A stretch of DNA of 63,983 nucleotides, filler included, from Octopus bimaculoides (Eukaryota), in the NCBI RefSeq assembly GCF_001194135.2. It is 5 parts of 5 records of this genome, joined end to end, with 100 filler letters (N's around TTAATTAATTAA, not from the genome) between each part and the next. Parts side by side here need not be neighbours in the genome. Positions count along the whole stretch, not along the records: positions 1 to 22,887 come from NC_068993.1; 4 more parts are not named here. One strand, written 5' to 3'. The notes below the pieces were generated by a model that saw only the letters and a list, made by a program, of their open reading frames with translations, made no database searches and was not told the DNA's origin. The number at the start of each line of letters is the position of its first letter. Position 1 is the first letter of the stretch. Position numbers and translations under genes: made by a program. This document shows positions 1 to 13,101 of the stretch, piece after piece.

Positions 1-35
<35 letters not shown>

Positions 36-1084
36 ATGTGTGGGTGTGTGTAAATATATGTGTATGACATATATGCGAGTGTATTTGGATGTGTGCATAT
101 ATATCCACATATATATATGAATATATATATATATATATAGATACGTATAAACACACACAGACAAAGATATATACTCTCATACAAATTTATATATATATAT
201 ATGCTTACGCGTGTGCGTGTGTATGGGTTTACAGGTTTACCTGCGAGCACGTACATAAAAATATACAAACAGTGATAGGTGAAAAAAAATATATATACAC
301 ATAAATTATACTTACGCGCATGCATCCATGTATGTATGTATGTATGTATGTATGTAGGTCTGCATGCATGCATGCATTCATGAATTATGTTTGAGTAGTA
401 AGAGGCATAGGTGTGTATGTGTATGAATATGACGATTTCTGTCTGAATGTGTGAACGTTTCTACATAAAGCCATACTGACATACAAACACAAACACGCAT
501 ACAGATACCTATATATACATGTATATATATATATATATATATATNNNNNNNNNNNNNNNNNNNNNNNNNNNNNNNNNNNNNNNNNNNNNNNNNNNNNNNN
601 NNNNNNNNNNNNNNNNNNNNNNNNNNNNNNNNNNNNNNNNNNNNNNNNNNNNNNNNNNNNNNNNNNNNNNNNNNNNNNNNNNNNNNNNNNNNNNNNNNNN
701 NNNNNNNNNNNNNNNNNNNNNNNNNNNNNNNNNNNNNNNNNNNNNNNNNNNNNNNNNNNNNNNNNNNNNNNNNNNNNNNNNNNNNNNNNNNNNNNNNNNN
801 NNNNNNNNNNNNNNNNNNNNNNNNNNNNNNNNNNNNNNNNNNNNNNNNNNNNNNNNNNNNNNNNNNNNNNNNNNNNNNNNNNNNNNNNNNNNNNNNNNNN
901 NNNNNNNNNNNNNNNNNNNNNNNNNNNNNNNNNNNNNNNNNNNNNNNNNNNNNNNNNNNNNNNNNNNNNNNNNNNNNNNNNNNNNNNNNNNNNNNNNNNN
1001 NNNNNNNNNNNNNNNNNNNNNNNNNNNNNNNNNNNNNNNNNNNNNNNNNNNNNNNNNNNNNNNNNNNNNNNNNNNNNNNNNNNN

Positions 1085-1131
<47 letters not shown>

Positions 1132-1229
1132 ATGTATGTATATATGTTTGTATAGTTAGATGTTTATTTGTATGTCAATTTATATAAGCAATTTAATAAC
1201 AAAAATTTAACAGTTTGCTAAATAATTTC

Positions 1230-1314
1230 TCAATGTCTTTTAGAATATATTTTAAGTCTAATGAAACATTTACACGTTGGGTGACCAGTGACTCCGCAAT
1301 TTCGGCATAAGACT
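1230..1314 (-). CDS. Candidate terminal exon encoding a CCHC zinc knuckle
   Basis: After (GT)n-tttccaAG the phase-2 frame reads VLCRNCGVTGHPTCKCFIRLKIYSKRH*, an exact C-x2-C-x4-H-x4-C. AATAAA lies about 60 nt downstream (1163-1168). The AAG acceptor is weak and a gag/ORF1 remnant is an alternative. Confidence 0.3.
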
Positions 1315-1319
1315 CTTGG

Positions 1320-1398
<79 letters not shown>

Positions 1399-1885
1399 AC
1401 AGGCTCACACTCATACATATATACATATATATATATATAATATCTATATATAAATATGTTTAAATCAATACTTATATCAGGTATACCTTTATTATTTGTA
1501 TATTTTTGTACATTTATTTAAAACTTATAGATGAGTATACGTTTGCATCAATTCATATAGGTGTATACATTTACGTGCTCAGAGATAACTATACTCCTCT
1601 CGCCGTGTGTAAATCTCCATATGAGGCAGTAATTTTTCCAGCAAAATTTATTTTTCCATATATTTGACTTTCAAGTATATTCGACAAAATCTTGATTAAC
1701 ACGAGCATGAATACTTCTCGTGTCTAATTAGCCTATTTTTTGTATCACTTTCAAATGTCGCGCAATATGTCTTTCTAACATCGTGACTAGAATTGTTGGT
1801 ACTGATTTCAGAAACCTTTTGATATCTCGGTTAAATAAATTTTGTCATTTCTAACTCTTTTACTCTCATGTCATGAATGCATTAC

Positions 1886-1944
1886 CTGAATTCAGAAGGA
1901 TGAAACAGGTAATCTATCCGCAATAGCCATTGACAGCAGAACGC
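1886..1944 (-). CDS. Candidate internal exon, 59 nt, phase 0 to 2
   Basis: Acceptor ctttcttttttacctgtaatcAG and donor CAG|GTAATG. The only open frame is AFCCQWLLRIDYLFHPSEF(R), phase-compatible with 1230-1314. No homology recognised. Confidence 0.2.
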
Positions 1945-2120
1945 CTGATTACAGGTAAAAAAGAAAGACTTAATTTTCCAGTGTAAATCTTTAATTATTT
2001 TTATGTATTTTTAACCGGGAAGGAAAAAGCAATCCTACGACATATTTGAATGATTCCGAGATAAGCGAGGAGAGTTAAAGTGAAATTGGAATGGCTGCAA
2101 GGGAGAGCTCTCTCATAAAA

Positions 2121-2204
2121 CAAACAGAGAAACGAGACATGCAACATAAAGAATATTTCCCTTCTTCAGTTGTCCCTGTACAATCTACTCCGCGTTTGGA
2201 AAGG
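2121..2204. repeat. Unclassified dispersed repeat, copy 1 (copy 2 at 61143-61216)
   Basis: caaacagagaaacg(a/t)gacatgcaacataaaga...tcagttgtccctgt..atctactc.gcgttt is shared by both loci. Confidence 0.8.
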
Positions 2205-2859
2205 ATTTGAACTCAGAATGCAGAGATACGAAAAGAATAGTGTAAGTCATTTGCTCCAATTCTCCTATAATTCCGCCAATAAATAGTCTTGGTCTAGTAT
2301 ATTTTATTAATCGATCTTGTAAGGAGGCCCCGCATTCTCTCCTGATGACCCCATACACTTGCTGGCTTCCGGTATGCGGTGTTCTCGACTGGTAGCACTT
2401 GCATGTGTGAGTGGTTTGCAAGACATCTTGGTCCAGTATTTTATTAATAGATCTTGTAGGGATCTATTTTGAACAGATGCCGCAAAGCCTCCTGTCCCAT
2501 GCAGTAACGATTTTACCAATTTGCCACCGAGAAACTGCAAAATGACGAGCGTATGGTAAGAATACAATAAAAATTATGCGAAACTTGGAAAAGTACGAAT
2601 AATTATAAGAACCATAAATGACTCTAAGGCAACAAGTTAAAAACTGCATTAATATAAGTTACACAAACAACAAAGAAGAGAATTAAAACCATGATTGAAA
2701 TGGAGATACATTTGTCTTTGTCAAGGAAAATTGCAACCGAAAAAGAATTCCCTTAAGCACTATGATTATTAAAACGATAGCTTTAAGCATCTTTGCTTTT
2801 AAAGAAACTTTTCATACAGAAAGTGAATTCTAACAGCAATGGAACAAAATTGAATTGCT

Positions 2860-3335
2860 TCGACTTGTTATTTTTTTATCTGTTACTGGCTGTCCTCATT
2901 GGAGTGCGGCCATGCTACGACATAGCATTGAAGAATTTTCAGACGAACAAATCGACTTCTGTACATATTTTATTTTAAAGCCTGGTACTAATTCTACCTG
3001 TGTCTTTTGCCGAACTACTAAGTTACGAGTAGGTAAGCAAACCAATAGCATCGTTTGTCAAGTTATTGTAGAGAAAAACAAACACGCACACACACACGCA
3101 CACACAGGCACACACACACACATACACATACATACAAACATTCCTTTACCGGGTTTGCATATCTTCTAACTAAATATATATACAGGACGGGATCCTTTCG
3201 GTTTCCGTCTACAAATCCACTGAAAGATTTTGTCGGTCCGCTAGTATAGTAGAGAAGAACAGCTCAAGGTGGATCTCAACCCAGAACCATGTCGCTGGGA
3301 AGCAATCTTCTTATGAAATAGCCTGCGCCTATATT
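2860..3335 (-). mobile_element. tRNA-derived SINE family B, composite (head + CA/GT microsatellite + tail)
   Basis: The head matches ataggcgcagg...cttcccagcgacatggttctggg...gtagacggaaac seen in other copies. The tail matches the gcttgacaa...gtaccaggct...gtcgattt...catggccgca segment of 34700-34900. Confidence 0.75.
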
Positions 3336-4130
3336 AGAAAGAATATTGCAGTGGATTGGAATAGTAAAACAAATCGCGTAACATTTCTTCCGACAGTAAA
3401 TACTGTTGTTGACTTACTTCCTAACAACAGTCCGTGGGTAGAGGTGATATTGTATTCTAACATATTCTGACCGAAGAGTAGATAAGTTTTCTGAAGCAAA
3501 TATAATTTTAGATAAATCCACTGCACTTAATATGTTATATGAAAATGTGAAAATCATATTTTCTTCTCGAACATGACATCTCTTTTACAGCCAATGGAAT
3601 CAGGAGTGATTGCTACTTTGTGCCCTTACGAGAAGTTATAACGAGAGAACATGCAATTCCATTGGTAGAATTTTGGAAACGATTTAATATAAAACATGTC
3701 GTTGAAGATAGTATGGTATCATAGAATGTAATGATAACAGCAATATAAGAATGGTCAGGAAACATATTTTACTGCGTGGTGCAAACCATTTCACTGCCTT
3801 TCACCACCAGGGCGAAATTATCGCTAAAATATAAAAAAGATCGTAACGGTACACAAGAGATGGGTTTCGATAAAATTCACGATATTTCATCCAATGTCTG
3901 TGATGTCCTTCAATCAAATGCAGAAAAGTTTACTTATCGTTAACTTCTTAATCTGGATCAAAAGTGTGTACACGATGAAGAAGACGATAAATTGAAAAGC
4001 AGCATGAAATTGAAAACCCAATAATAGGAATGAACGCAATAGAATTTGCTACAATGTTTATCGAATGTGAAATGTCCAAGCAATGAATAATGGATATCGA
4101 CCCTAACGTCGATCGAAGCATGAACATTCA
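3336..4130 (+). pseudogene. Degraded Tigger/pogo DDE transposase
   Basis: Frameshifted motifs IILDKSTA (cf. LLILDNAPAH), FSNMTSLLQPMESGVIATL (cf. PNTTSLLQPMDQGVIATF) and EFWKRFNIKHVVEDSMVS* (cf. EFWKNYNILDAIKNIRDSW), with many stops. Confidence 0.75.
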
Positions 4131-4509
4131 CTGAAATTTGGATAAAGAATGTATGTATACATACATACATACATTCATACATATATACATATATATATGT
4201 GTGTGTTTATATNNNNNNNNNNNNNNNNNNNNNNNNNNNNNNNNNNNNNNNNNNNNNNNNNNNNNNNNNNNNNNNNNNNNNNNNNNNNNNNNNNNNNNNN
4301 NNNNNNNNNNNNNNNNNNNNNNNNNNNNNNNNNNNNNNNNNNNNNNNNNNNNNNNNNNNNNNNNNNNNNNNNNNNNNNNNNNNNNNNNNNNNNNNNNTAT
4401 ATATATGTATGTATATATATGTAATCTTATAGTAACAAACTAAGAAAAGAAAGTATATACATGCATATATATGTGTGTGCGTCTATGTGTCCATCTATCA
4501 ATCTATCTA

Positions 4510-4568
<59 letters not shown>

Positions 4569-4571
4569 ACA

Positions 4572-4605
<34 letters not shown>

Positions 4606-5314
4606 ACTTTTTCCCTATAAACCATCGTAAACTACAACAACGCATAATGTTTCATTTCTAGTCAGCGATTTTTGCTATCCTTTATTATTATATTACTTTC
4701 AACAAACACTATAAACAAAGGCTTTTAATGAAAGTTCAGCCAAGTGTTTTCAAAGTCCGTGAACCATACTGCTGTGCTCAGATCGCATTTCGATTAGCAC
4801 TGTTTTTATGGAAGGAATTAACGGTCTTGATTGTCGGCTTACTGGGCATGTACATGCATTTGCACATAGATACACACACAGACACACGGATATGTATTCA
4901 GAAATATAAGCGTATATTGTTGCATACCTATATAAGAACATATATTTTGTTCGTACGTTTCTACACTGAAGTAGTACAATTTCCTTGATTGCTGTTTATG
5001 TACGCATGTAAGCAAGCACAGATATAGATTCTAGAGCAGCTTGTTCGGCTCTATGTGACATAATGTTTCGTAGGTTTCTTACAGAATCCTAGCTCGTAGA
5101 ATACAGTTAATCAAATGCAGCACGTACAATGGGGCTACCGGAAACCGGGCGCTGTCTCTCCACTGCGGTCACATGGTGTTGCTAGATTTGAGATCGATAT
5201 TCCAGCGACATCGGATGCAATTTTGCCACTGGACTATCGACCCCACTTCTAAAAACACGCTTTGACCGACGGTAGCCTCGTTTCAGGTAGCCATATTGGT
5301 CTTCCTGCATATCT

Positions 5315-5508
5315 CCTGTCAAGTCCATACTTATTGCAAATTGTCCAATGGACAAGCCTTGCTATATTGTCGTGGCATCTCTTATATTCCTTCTGGGCTA
5401 GTGGCGTACATTGGCTGGTAATATGCCATACGGTTTGACCATTTTGTCCACAAATTCTGCACTTAACACTTTCTGATGTGTTGTCTATTCTGTATCTTAT
5501 GTAATTTC
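5315..5508 (-). mobile_element. RLE-type (R4/Dong-like) non-LTR retrotransposon fragment, zinc-knuckle region
   Basis: CRICGQNGQTVWHITSQCTPLAQKEYKRCHDNIARLVHWTICNKYGL is the CCHC plus RHD-like motif that precedes the restriction-like endonuclease. Confidence 0.85.
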
Positions 5509-5549
5509 TTCTTCTTCTTCTTCTTCTTCTTCTTCTTCTTCTTCTTCTT

Positions 5550-5643
<94 letters not shown>

Positions 5644-5750
5644 TTATTATTATTATTATTATTACTGTTATTGTTATTATCATTATCATTACCATTATTA
5701 TTATTATTATGTTTATTGTTATTGTTATTATCAATATTTATAGCATCAAT
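5509..5750. repeat. Compound trinucleotide microsatellite (TTC)n(CTA)n(TTA)n
   Basis: Directly visible. It explains the poly-R/V/I, poly-K/S/N and poly-F/L ORFs. Confidence 0.97.
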
Positions 5751-6771
5751 AAAAATATAATACAACATTAATTACATCAAGTTTCATATCGTGCAAAGAT
5801 GGAAAGCAATGTTCACATTTTCTTTCTTTCTATATACAAACGAAACGTTTATATCAAATGAACCATGATCAGGGTCATGGGTCCCATATATAGAAAACGT
5901 CCGGTTGGCCTTTCTATTTTAACAATAGCGGTCTGTCGAGATAGGAGACAATATATACGTTGGACAACATCCTCGATTCTATTTATTATAAAATGAAATA
6001 ATACGTGAAGCTGAATGATAGTATATATGTACATTGTTTTTAATGAGGACGTAACATATAGAACAATAGCAGAGCAGGTAAATTCCGAAAGGCAGAATAA
6101 ATAATGCTGTGACTTGAATGAACCTTTTGTAAAATATCCGGCATTCTGTATATCTTCCGGTTGATGTAATTTACGATCAGTAGGTCAATCGGGTGTAATT
6201 ATTTGCTTAAATTCGTTCAATTATGACATCTTTTCCTTGTTGCAGTCCCGGTTGTTTCCGGAATATTAATAAAACTTTCACTATAATCCACCCTTACGCA
6301 TTTTAGTTAGGTTGAAGCTTTTATAAATATTCAACTTTAAAACTTAATATCATAAACATATTTATTCTGTGATACATATTGAGAACTATGTTGCCAGTGA
6401 TATTACTTCGTTAGTCTTATTACTTTGTGTGCTTGTGTGTTTTTATGTGTGTCTGTGTGCAGAAGTTTGTAGAATATAGACGTTATATATATATATATAC
6501 ATATGTTATGTAAAACGAGACAACCAATAAAGAATTCCAAACAGATATGGTTGCAATTTTTGATATTTGGAACTGTTAGAAATCTAAACATTCCCAGGTG
6601 AATTGAGGATCAAATGCCATCATTCTCTCCGGATGGCACACTTATACATGAAACCCATTCTATGAACATTTACCTAAGAGCTATATGAGTATCTCTAACC
6701 GTATGAATGTCACTTGCAATAGAATTCATGGATTATATTTAGGTATCATATCGTATCTTAATATTAACTCG

Positions 6772-7106
6772 ATTCCGTCGGTCACGAATGACCATGGGGG
6801 CACTTAAGAGGTTCCCCTCCGGGGTTAAGTCTGGGCGGAAAGTTGCCTCACCGGTGAACAACCTGTGGTTGTTTTTTTTTATTGAAGACCAGCAGTCGTC
6901 CAAGCATACCAGCCTCCCCTCTTCACGCCACCGATGTTATCCAGGGGAAAGACAAAGGCTTATACAGGTTGGCACCTGTGACGTCGCAGCTCATTTCTAC
7001 AGCTGAGTGAAATAAATGTCTTGCTCATGAACACAATACGGGATTCGAACTCACAACCTCACGATCGCTAGCTCGACGCTCCTACCAGTGGGCCATGTGC
7101 CTTCAC
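6772..7106 (-). mobile_element. tRNA-derived SINE family A variant
   Basis: The minus strand starts gtgaaggcacatggcc...gagttcgaatccc (A/B boxes), has the core ttgtgttcatgagcaagaca and ends cgtgaccgacggaatc, like the 37714 copy. Confidence 0.75.
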
Positions 7107-7139
7107 AACTTAATATTATTATATTGATAAGTGGGAGGG

Positions 7140-7590
7140 GGTTGAGTTGACAGAATTGTTAGCACGCCGGGTAAAATGCTTAGCAGTGTTAAGTCCGTCT
7201 TCACGTTCTGATTTCAAATTCCGCCAAAGTTAATTTGCCTTTTATTCTATCGGCATCGATAGAATAGATTCTAGTTCAAAACTGAGATCGATATAATCAA
7301 CGTACTCCTTCTTCGAACTTGCTGGCGTTGTGTCAAAACTTGAAACCGATATCATTAAACTTATATATAAGGTGACGATCAAGCAGAACCTTTAGGACGC
7401 CGGGGAAAATGCTTAGCAGCATTTAGCCTGTTTTATTCGTTCTGAGCTCAAATTACGCCGAGGTCGATTGAGCCTTCCATCCTTTAACTGTCGATAAAAT
7501 AAGTACCAGTTGCACACTGGCGTTGATGTAATCGACTTACTCCCGCTATCGAAATTTCTGGCATTGTGCCAAAATATGAAATCAATATAA
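7140..7590 (+). mobile_element. Two tandem SINE family C copies (about 7140-7350 and 7368-7590)
   Basis: Each has gcagaa..gttagcacgccggg..aaatgcttagc...ttcaaattccgcc...gtcgataaaataagtaccagtt. Confidence 0.8.
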
Positions 7591-8043
7591 CGCTTATAAC
7601 TGATCATATTCTCTCTACTCTTGCTTATCCTCAGTTCCAATAACAAATACCGATTATTATAATTTCGTATAATCTATATTTTATATATAATTTAATTTAA
7701 TAACGTTTGCAATTTGCTTCTAGCTTTAGTTGATATCTTTATATTATTTCCATCAGCCTCCCGAGTTACGGATTTTATAATTCTTTATAATTTTTATAAG
7801 TTCATTTTTTAAAAAATTCTTAGACTTGCTTTATTCTAAATAATTTTGTGACAATATTCTTTGGTAGAAACGTTACGTCTCATAGATTTTTTTTTTCTTT
7901 CTGTTGGGATTATTGGTTCCATTTTTCCGACTCTTTTATTTTCTAGCCTTTCCACTTCTGCAACTTTTTTTGCAACCAGATAACAAATATCTAGACATTT
8001 GAATATTTAATCAATATAAAATTGTAAACTCATATCTTTATGG

Positions 8044-8225
8044 TGGCGTTTCTTAATCGAGATTCTCCGGAACCTTAGGTTTCCGGAAAATGTTCCTAGG
8101 GGTTCCACGAGAAAGAGTAAGATGATTTCACGATCGTTATGTTACTATACATGCGCAACATATTATTGGTTATTGTAATATAGACATCATCTTATCTAAC
8201 CTATTATGTTATCAAAATATATAAC

Positions 8226-8260
<35 letters not shown>

Positions 8261-8398
8261 GTGCATGATATTTACTACGTGAGTTACGATGAAAAATATG
8301 AGAAAGATATGGTATTTAATTTTTTTTGTTCAGAGTTTCCTTGAGACATGCAATTTATTTTAAGGGTTTCACAAGGGTAAAATGGCTGAGAAACACTG
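8044..8398. mobile_element. hAT (Charlie-like) MITE with an internal CA/TA microsatellite
   Basis: The right end reverse-complements to CAGTGTTTCTCAGCC and the left end is degenerate tggcgtttcttaatc. The 8-bp flanks ctttatgg/gtctatgg match 6/8. Confidence 0.7.
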
Positions 8399-9199
8399 GT
8401 CTATGGTGACACAGATTATTTATATCCGTAAGCGGATACAGAATACTTTCATTAATCCAGAACACACATGTATTTGTTTATTATTATAACTTCTTCCCGC
8501 CAATTTTTTGACCTCTTACTCTATCTGATTGATCCTATTCTGTTTCTATTCATTCTTTTCCTTTCCCACCATCTCCTTCATTTCCCACCTACTCTCCTGA
8601 CGTTTCCCAGGGAGCATCATTGATCTGTGATTTTCAGTTGTTATCCCTGAATTGGAATTACCCGCATTCTTCATTAATTAAAGCTAATATTTTATTAGTT
8701 CCGTAATTATTAATCGGCGAACTTTTATCCAGATTAATTAAATTAACGAATAAATAACATGGGAATTAATTAATCATGTCACATCTCAATCTATCAAACT
8801 TTATAGGAATATAACGTAGCAAAGGTAAATGTCTTTTTAGAACACCGACGACAATTGTATTTGAACACGTTTTCATTGGGTCAAATGTCATGCTTGTTAC
8901 CTGCTATCTGCCGTTATACAAGAACGTTTTCCCACCAACATTGTTTAGCAAAACGGTTGGTGGGTTTAATGACGCGTCTGGAGTAGGAACGCCTCTAAGT
9001 CTTCTCTAGTTTTATAGCCTCATTCGACTACCCAGCCTCGTTGAATGACAGGTTGTAGTCACACGCACATTGCGTTTCTTAAATGGTGTACCAATTTCAT
9101 TTTGTATACCATTTTGTGATTTTGTGATTGATGAATATGTCTCTGCTCGCTTGTTACTTTCTACTTAGCCTGACGAGTTGAGTTTTGCGCATCATCTTA

Positions 9200-9351
9200 C
9201 GTAGTCCGACCCCAAGACTTATTCTTTGGAAGCCTAGTAGTTATTCTATCGGTGTCTTAAGTCGAACCGCTATGTTACGGGGACGTAAACACACGACCAT
9301 CGGTTGTCAAGCGATGTTGGGGAGAAACACAGACACACAAACATGTACACA

Positions 9352-9385
<34 letters not shown>

Positions 9386-9726
9386 NNNNNNNNNNNNNNN
9401 NNNNNNNNNNNNNNNNNNNNNNNNNNNNNNNNNNNNNNNNNNNNNNNNNNNNNNNNNNNNNNNNNNNNNNNNNNNNNNNNNNNNNNNNNNNNNNNNNNNN
9501 NNNNNNNNNNNNNNNNNNNNNNNNNNNNNNNNNNNNNNNNNNNNNNNNNNNNNNNNNNNNNNNNNNNNNNNNNNNNNNNNNNTCCGTTTACCAAATCCAC
9601 TCACAAGGCTTTGGTCTGCCCGAGCTATAGTAGAAGACACTTGCCCAAGGTGCCACGCAGTGGGAATGAACCCAGAACCATGTGGTTCGTAAGCAAGTTA
9701 CTTACCACACAGCCACTCCTACGCCT
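9200..9726 (-). mobile_element. SINE family B, composite with gap/microsatellite in the middle
   Basis: Head 9583-9726 and tail 9200-9335 both match the 34425-34900 copy in reverse. Confidence 0.85.
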
Positions 9727-10740
9727 TTTGTATGTTATTATCTTATGCATGCTATTATCTAATATGTAGCAATATTATATAATCCAACTACATGTTTTTA
9801 TGATATATCTATCTATTTGTCTGTCTGTCTCACAGAGAGAGAGAATGAGAGATAGAGAAAGATAGAGAGAAAGAGAGAGAGAGGAACTTTCAAAATTTAT
9901 GGCCATCTAATTTCACTTACTCAGTATTGGTCATCAGATATACCACGCAATCGAATTGGAGATCAACTGCATGTTTGAGCAATTTCCTTAATTGCATCAC
10001 CTCTCCTCCAAAAAAGAGAACTTATCTCCTTCTGTACCCAAATCCCGAGTCTCCCACATTCCAGTTCATTACATTAGTTTGTTACTGCAAGACACCAACT
10101 AGAAATAATTTGGCGGCAGAAAAATATAAGCAAACTATATATAGGAGAAATATTATTTTATTTCTCGCAATAAATACAGGAGACAGCTTCAGAAAATTTG
10201 TCGTCATTTCAGATTTCCCCGTTGATTAAATTTTTATATTCTCTTCAATATATAATTGTTTTCCGTTAACATTTTACAACTCACTACAAGATGTGTCTTG
10301 GCGCTAAGTTTCTCATTTTTTTTTTCTGTCTTAATAGCAGCTGTTACTAATAATATTGAGGATTTTATTTTCTTAATAGGTGAGCAAGTGAAAGAACGAA
10401 GGGAAATGTGAGAAAGGCACAGCAAGAAAATGAAGAAAGCTGTCATGGTGGCCTGTAGCTCCATCTACACTGGTGAGATTGACTCAGTTGCTTGTTTCAG
10501 TTTCAAGTTTATATAGGTAGATATATGTATGAAACATATGGTTTTCCGAGAAGTTGGTGGCGGAAATAGAAGATTGTTTTCAGATCGCTGACTACTTCGA
10601 AAACTTGTAACAGGGTGAACAAAGCCAAATGTACTTAAAGGGTATTTGGTCGAGTTAAACATAAGAGTTGGAAAATGCTGAAAATTCTGAAAAAAAAAAG
10701 GGAAACAAAATTTCAATAGGTAAAGTGTTTCGAACTGTGT

Positions 10741-10772
10741 AGTAGTAGTCTTAATAGTAGCAGTAGTAGTAA

Positions 10773-10868
<96 letters not shown>

Positions 10869-10896
10869 CAGCAGTAGCAGTAGCAGTAGCAGCTGT

Positions 10897-10940
<44 letters not shown>

Positions 10941-10970
10941 TAATAGTAGTGGTGGTAGTAGTAGTAGTGT
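10741..10970. repeat. (AGT)n/(AGC)n compound microsatellite
   Basis: Directly visible. Confidence 0.97.
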
Positions 10971-13065
10971 ACTACATTACTTTACGTAATCAGAAGTACC
11001 GAATTTTTATCTGACCCCCTCCCCCCTAGCGATTTTGCCAATCCTAGAAGTATATGTGCACAATTATATATTATCAAGGTTGTTGGACTTATTCCATCGT
11101 CCAGATTAACGCGACTACCTGTCACCTAGTATGTCTTTAGCAAGCCTTCTAGCCAGGACTCCGGTTTGAGGATACTTTCCTCCCTCCCTCCGATTAATCT
11201 CATAGAGCCTGTAAAGAATGCTCATTGCCTTTCCTCCTGATTTAAGATATTAAAATATAAAAAAAGTAGAACTGCTTCTGGTACGTGTCAAGGCATCGAA
11301 GACTGGAGGTAAGAAGATAGCTAGAATCAGAATGGACGTTGATAAAGTCGTGCAGAGATGTTGGTGTATTCAAACTCAATTTCACACTACACAAGAACTG
11401 CAAGAGAGATCTTTTTGTCGAAGAGGAGACATTTCTCTTTACTAAATTTCACTCAAAAGTATTTACTTGTCTCGAAACCATAGTAAAGACACTTTTCCAA
11501 GGTGCTACACGGTCGGATTAAACTCGATTTGAAGTAGTTACTAAGAAAGCCTGTAACCTACACACCATACCTACATCAATATCTTAACAATGGCAAATAG
11601 AAATGCAAGATGTTTTCCTGCTGGTAAGTAAACATAAGCAGCCATCTTAGCAAAACAGTGACGTTATTCGAAAAGTAATTGCAGCAGTTTATAAAATTAA
11701 TTACAGCTGTGTTAAATGCTGAATTGTAATGTTGCGAATTCAAAATAAGAAAAAAACAAATACATTTCTAAATATATACAAGCTGCACTAATCCAATTCT
11801 TAGCATGCTAATTCCTAAAACTAAAAAATGGTGTTAATGTAAATTTTAGAAATCGCCCAATCCACAAAAATGAAATAAGAAAGAAATAACAGCGTCGCAT
11901 GCAACATAGTTATATAACAAAAAATTTAGCAGTGCTAATGAGGAATGTTATGGTGAGGATTCTAAATCGATAACGTTTGGAAAAACTATTCTGAAAATAA
12001 TGGAATCACAGTGATTTCATTCTGCCCCTACAAAAGTCTCTGAAATTTTAGGAAATTCTAAAATAGAATTTAGTGAAACACGAAGAAAATCCTGACATTG
12101 TATTCTAGTTGGGAATGAATCTCGTGACAATTAATCAAAATCTTGCTGTCTGTCGTTAGAATTCTCTGCATATGTATACATATATTTAAATATGTATCTA
12201 TGTGTTTGTGTGATGTTTCTGTGAGTGTGCGTACATGCAATGTCGATACGTATGTATATGTATATGTGTGTGTATATGTATATGTGTGCATTTATATATA
12301 TATATATATATATNNNNNNNNNNNNNNNNNNNNNNNNNNNNNNNNNNNNNNNNNNNNNNNNNNNNNNNNNNNNNNNNNNNNNNNNNNNNNNNNNNNNNTA
12401 TATATATCTGTATATATATACATACATACATACATACATACATACATAAGATTTCAGAAAAAGTACTTGATACAGGCAAAATATTGAAAGAGTGATTTTC
12501 GTAAATGTCACTAACGATTGCAAAAATAATTTTTGTAAGGCAGAATGTCAACGAATAGCTCCAAACCATTAACGTCTTTACGGCCAAAAACTGAATATAC
12601 ATTACATATCTTGAAAATCAAATTAATAATATCAGGACTTCAAGCAAAATATTCTGGTCATATTTTAAAAACTATGTTCTAAACCTGAGATTGAAATGTT
12701 AACTTAAGTTGTGAGGGCAATTTTACTGTCGATCACAAATTCATATTTTCTTTCCGTGGAACCATATATATGTTACTGGGAGCCATGATAATATTATATG
12801 GCGCCTAATTCATGTCGTGTGTACCTCGGTTGAGAACCAATGTGTTTTCTGATGAGGGACCAACAACACTACAAAACTCCATCACACATTTATTGCCACG
12901 TGTGAGAAAAAAAAAGAAAAAAATCATTTTCTCTGCTAAAGCTGGTTTGTTTACTTTCTACAACGAGATTAAATTCTATGTTTTTCAAAAATGTTTTACT
13001 TTGCACATCATTTCAAATTATTGTAAAAGTGTGTACTGCATTATTAATACGTCTTTATATATACA

Positions 13066-13101
<36 letters not shown>

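Noticed and set aside
2477-2555. Plus-strand exon candidate (AAKPPVPCSNDFTNLPPRNCKMTSVW)
   Set aside because: The apparent downstream partner exons are Tigger remnants, and no compatible partner or homology was found.
2855-3169. 104-aa ORF with an apparent GTAAG donor
   Set aside because: It is the antisense strand of the SINE family B tail.
5083-5248. Minus-strand segment with strong acceptor and donor
   Set aside because: Stops in all three frames; at most a non-coding exon.
8931-8964. 9-bp inverted repeat cccaccaac/gttggtggg
   Set aside because: Short enough to arise by chance in 64 kb.
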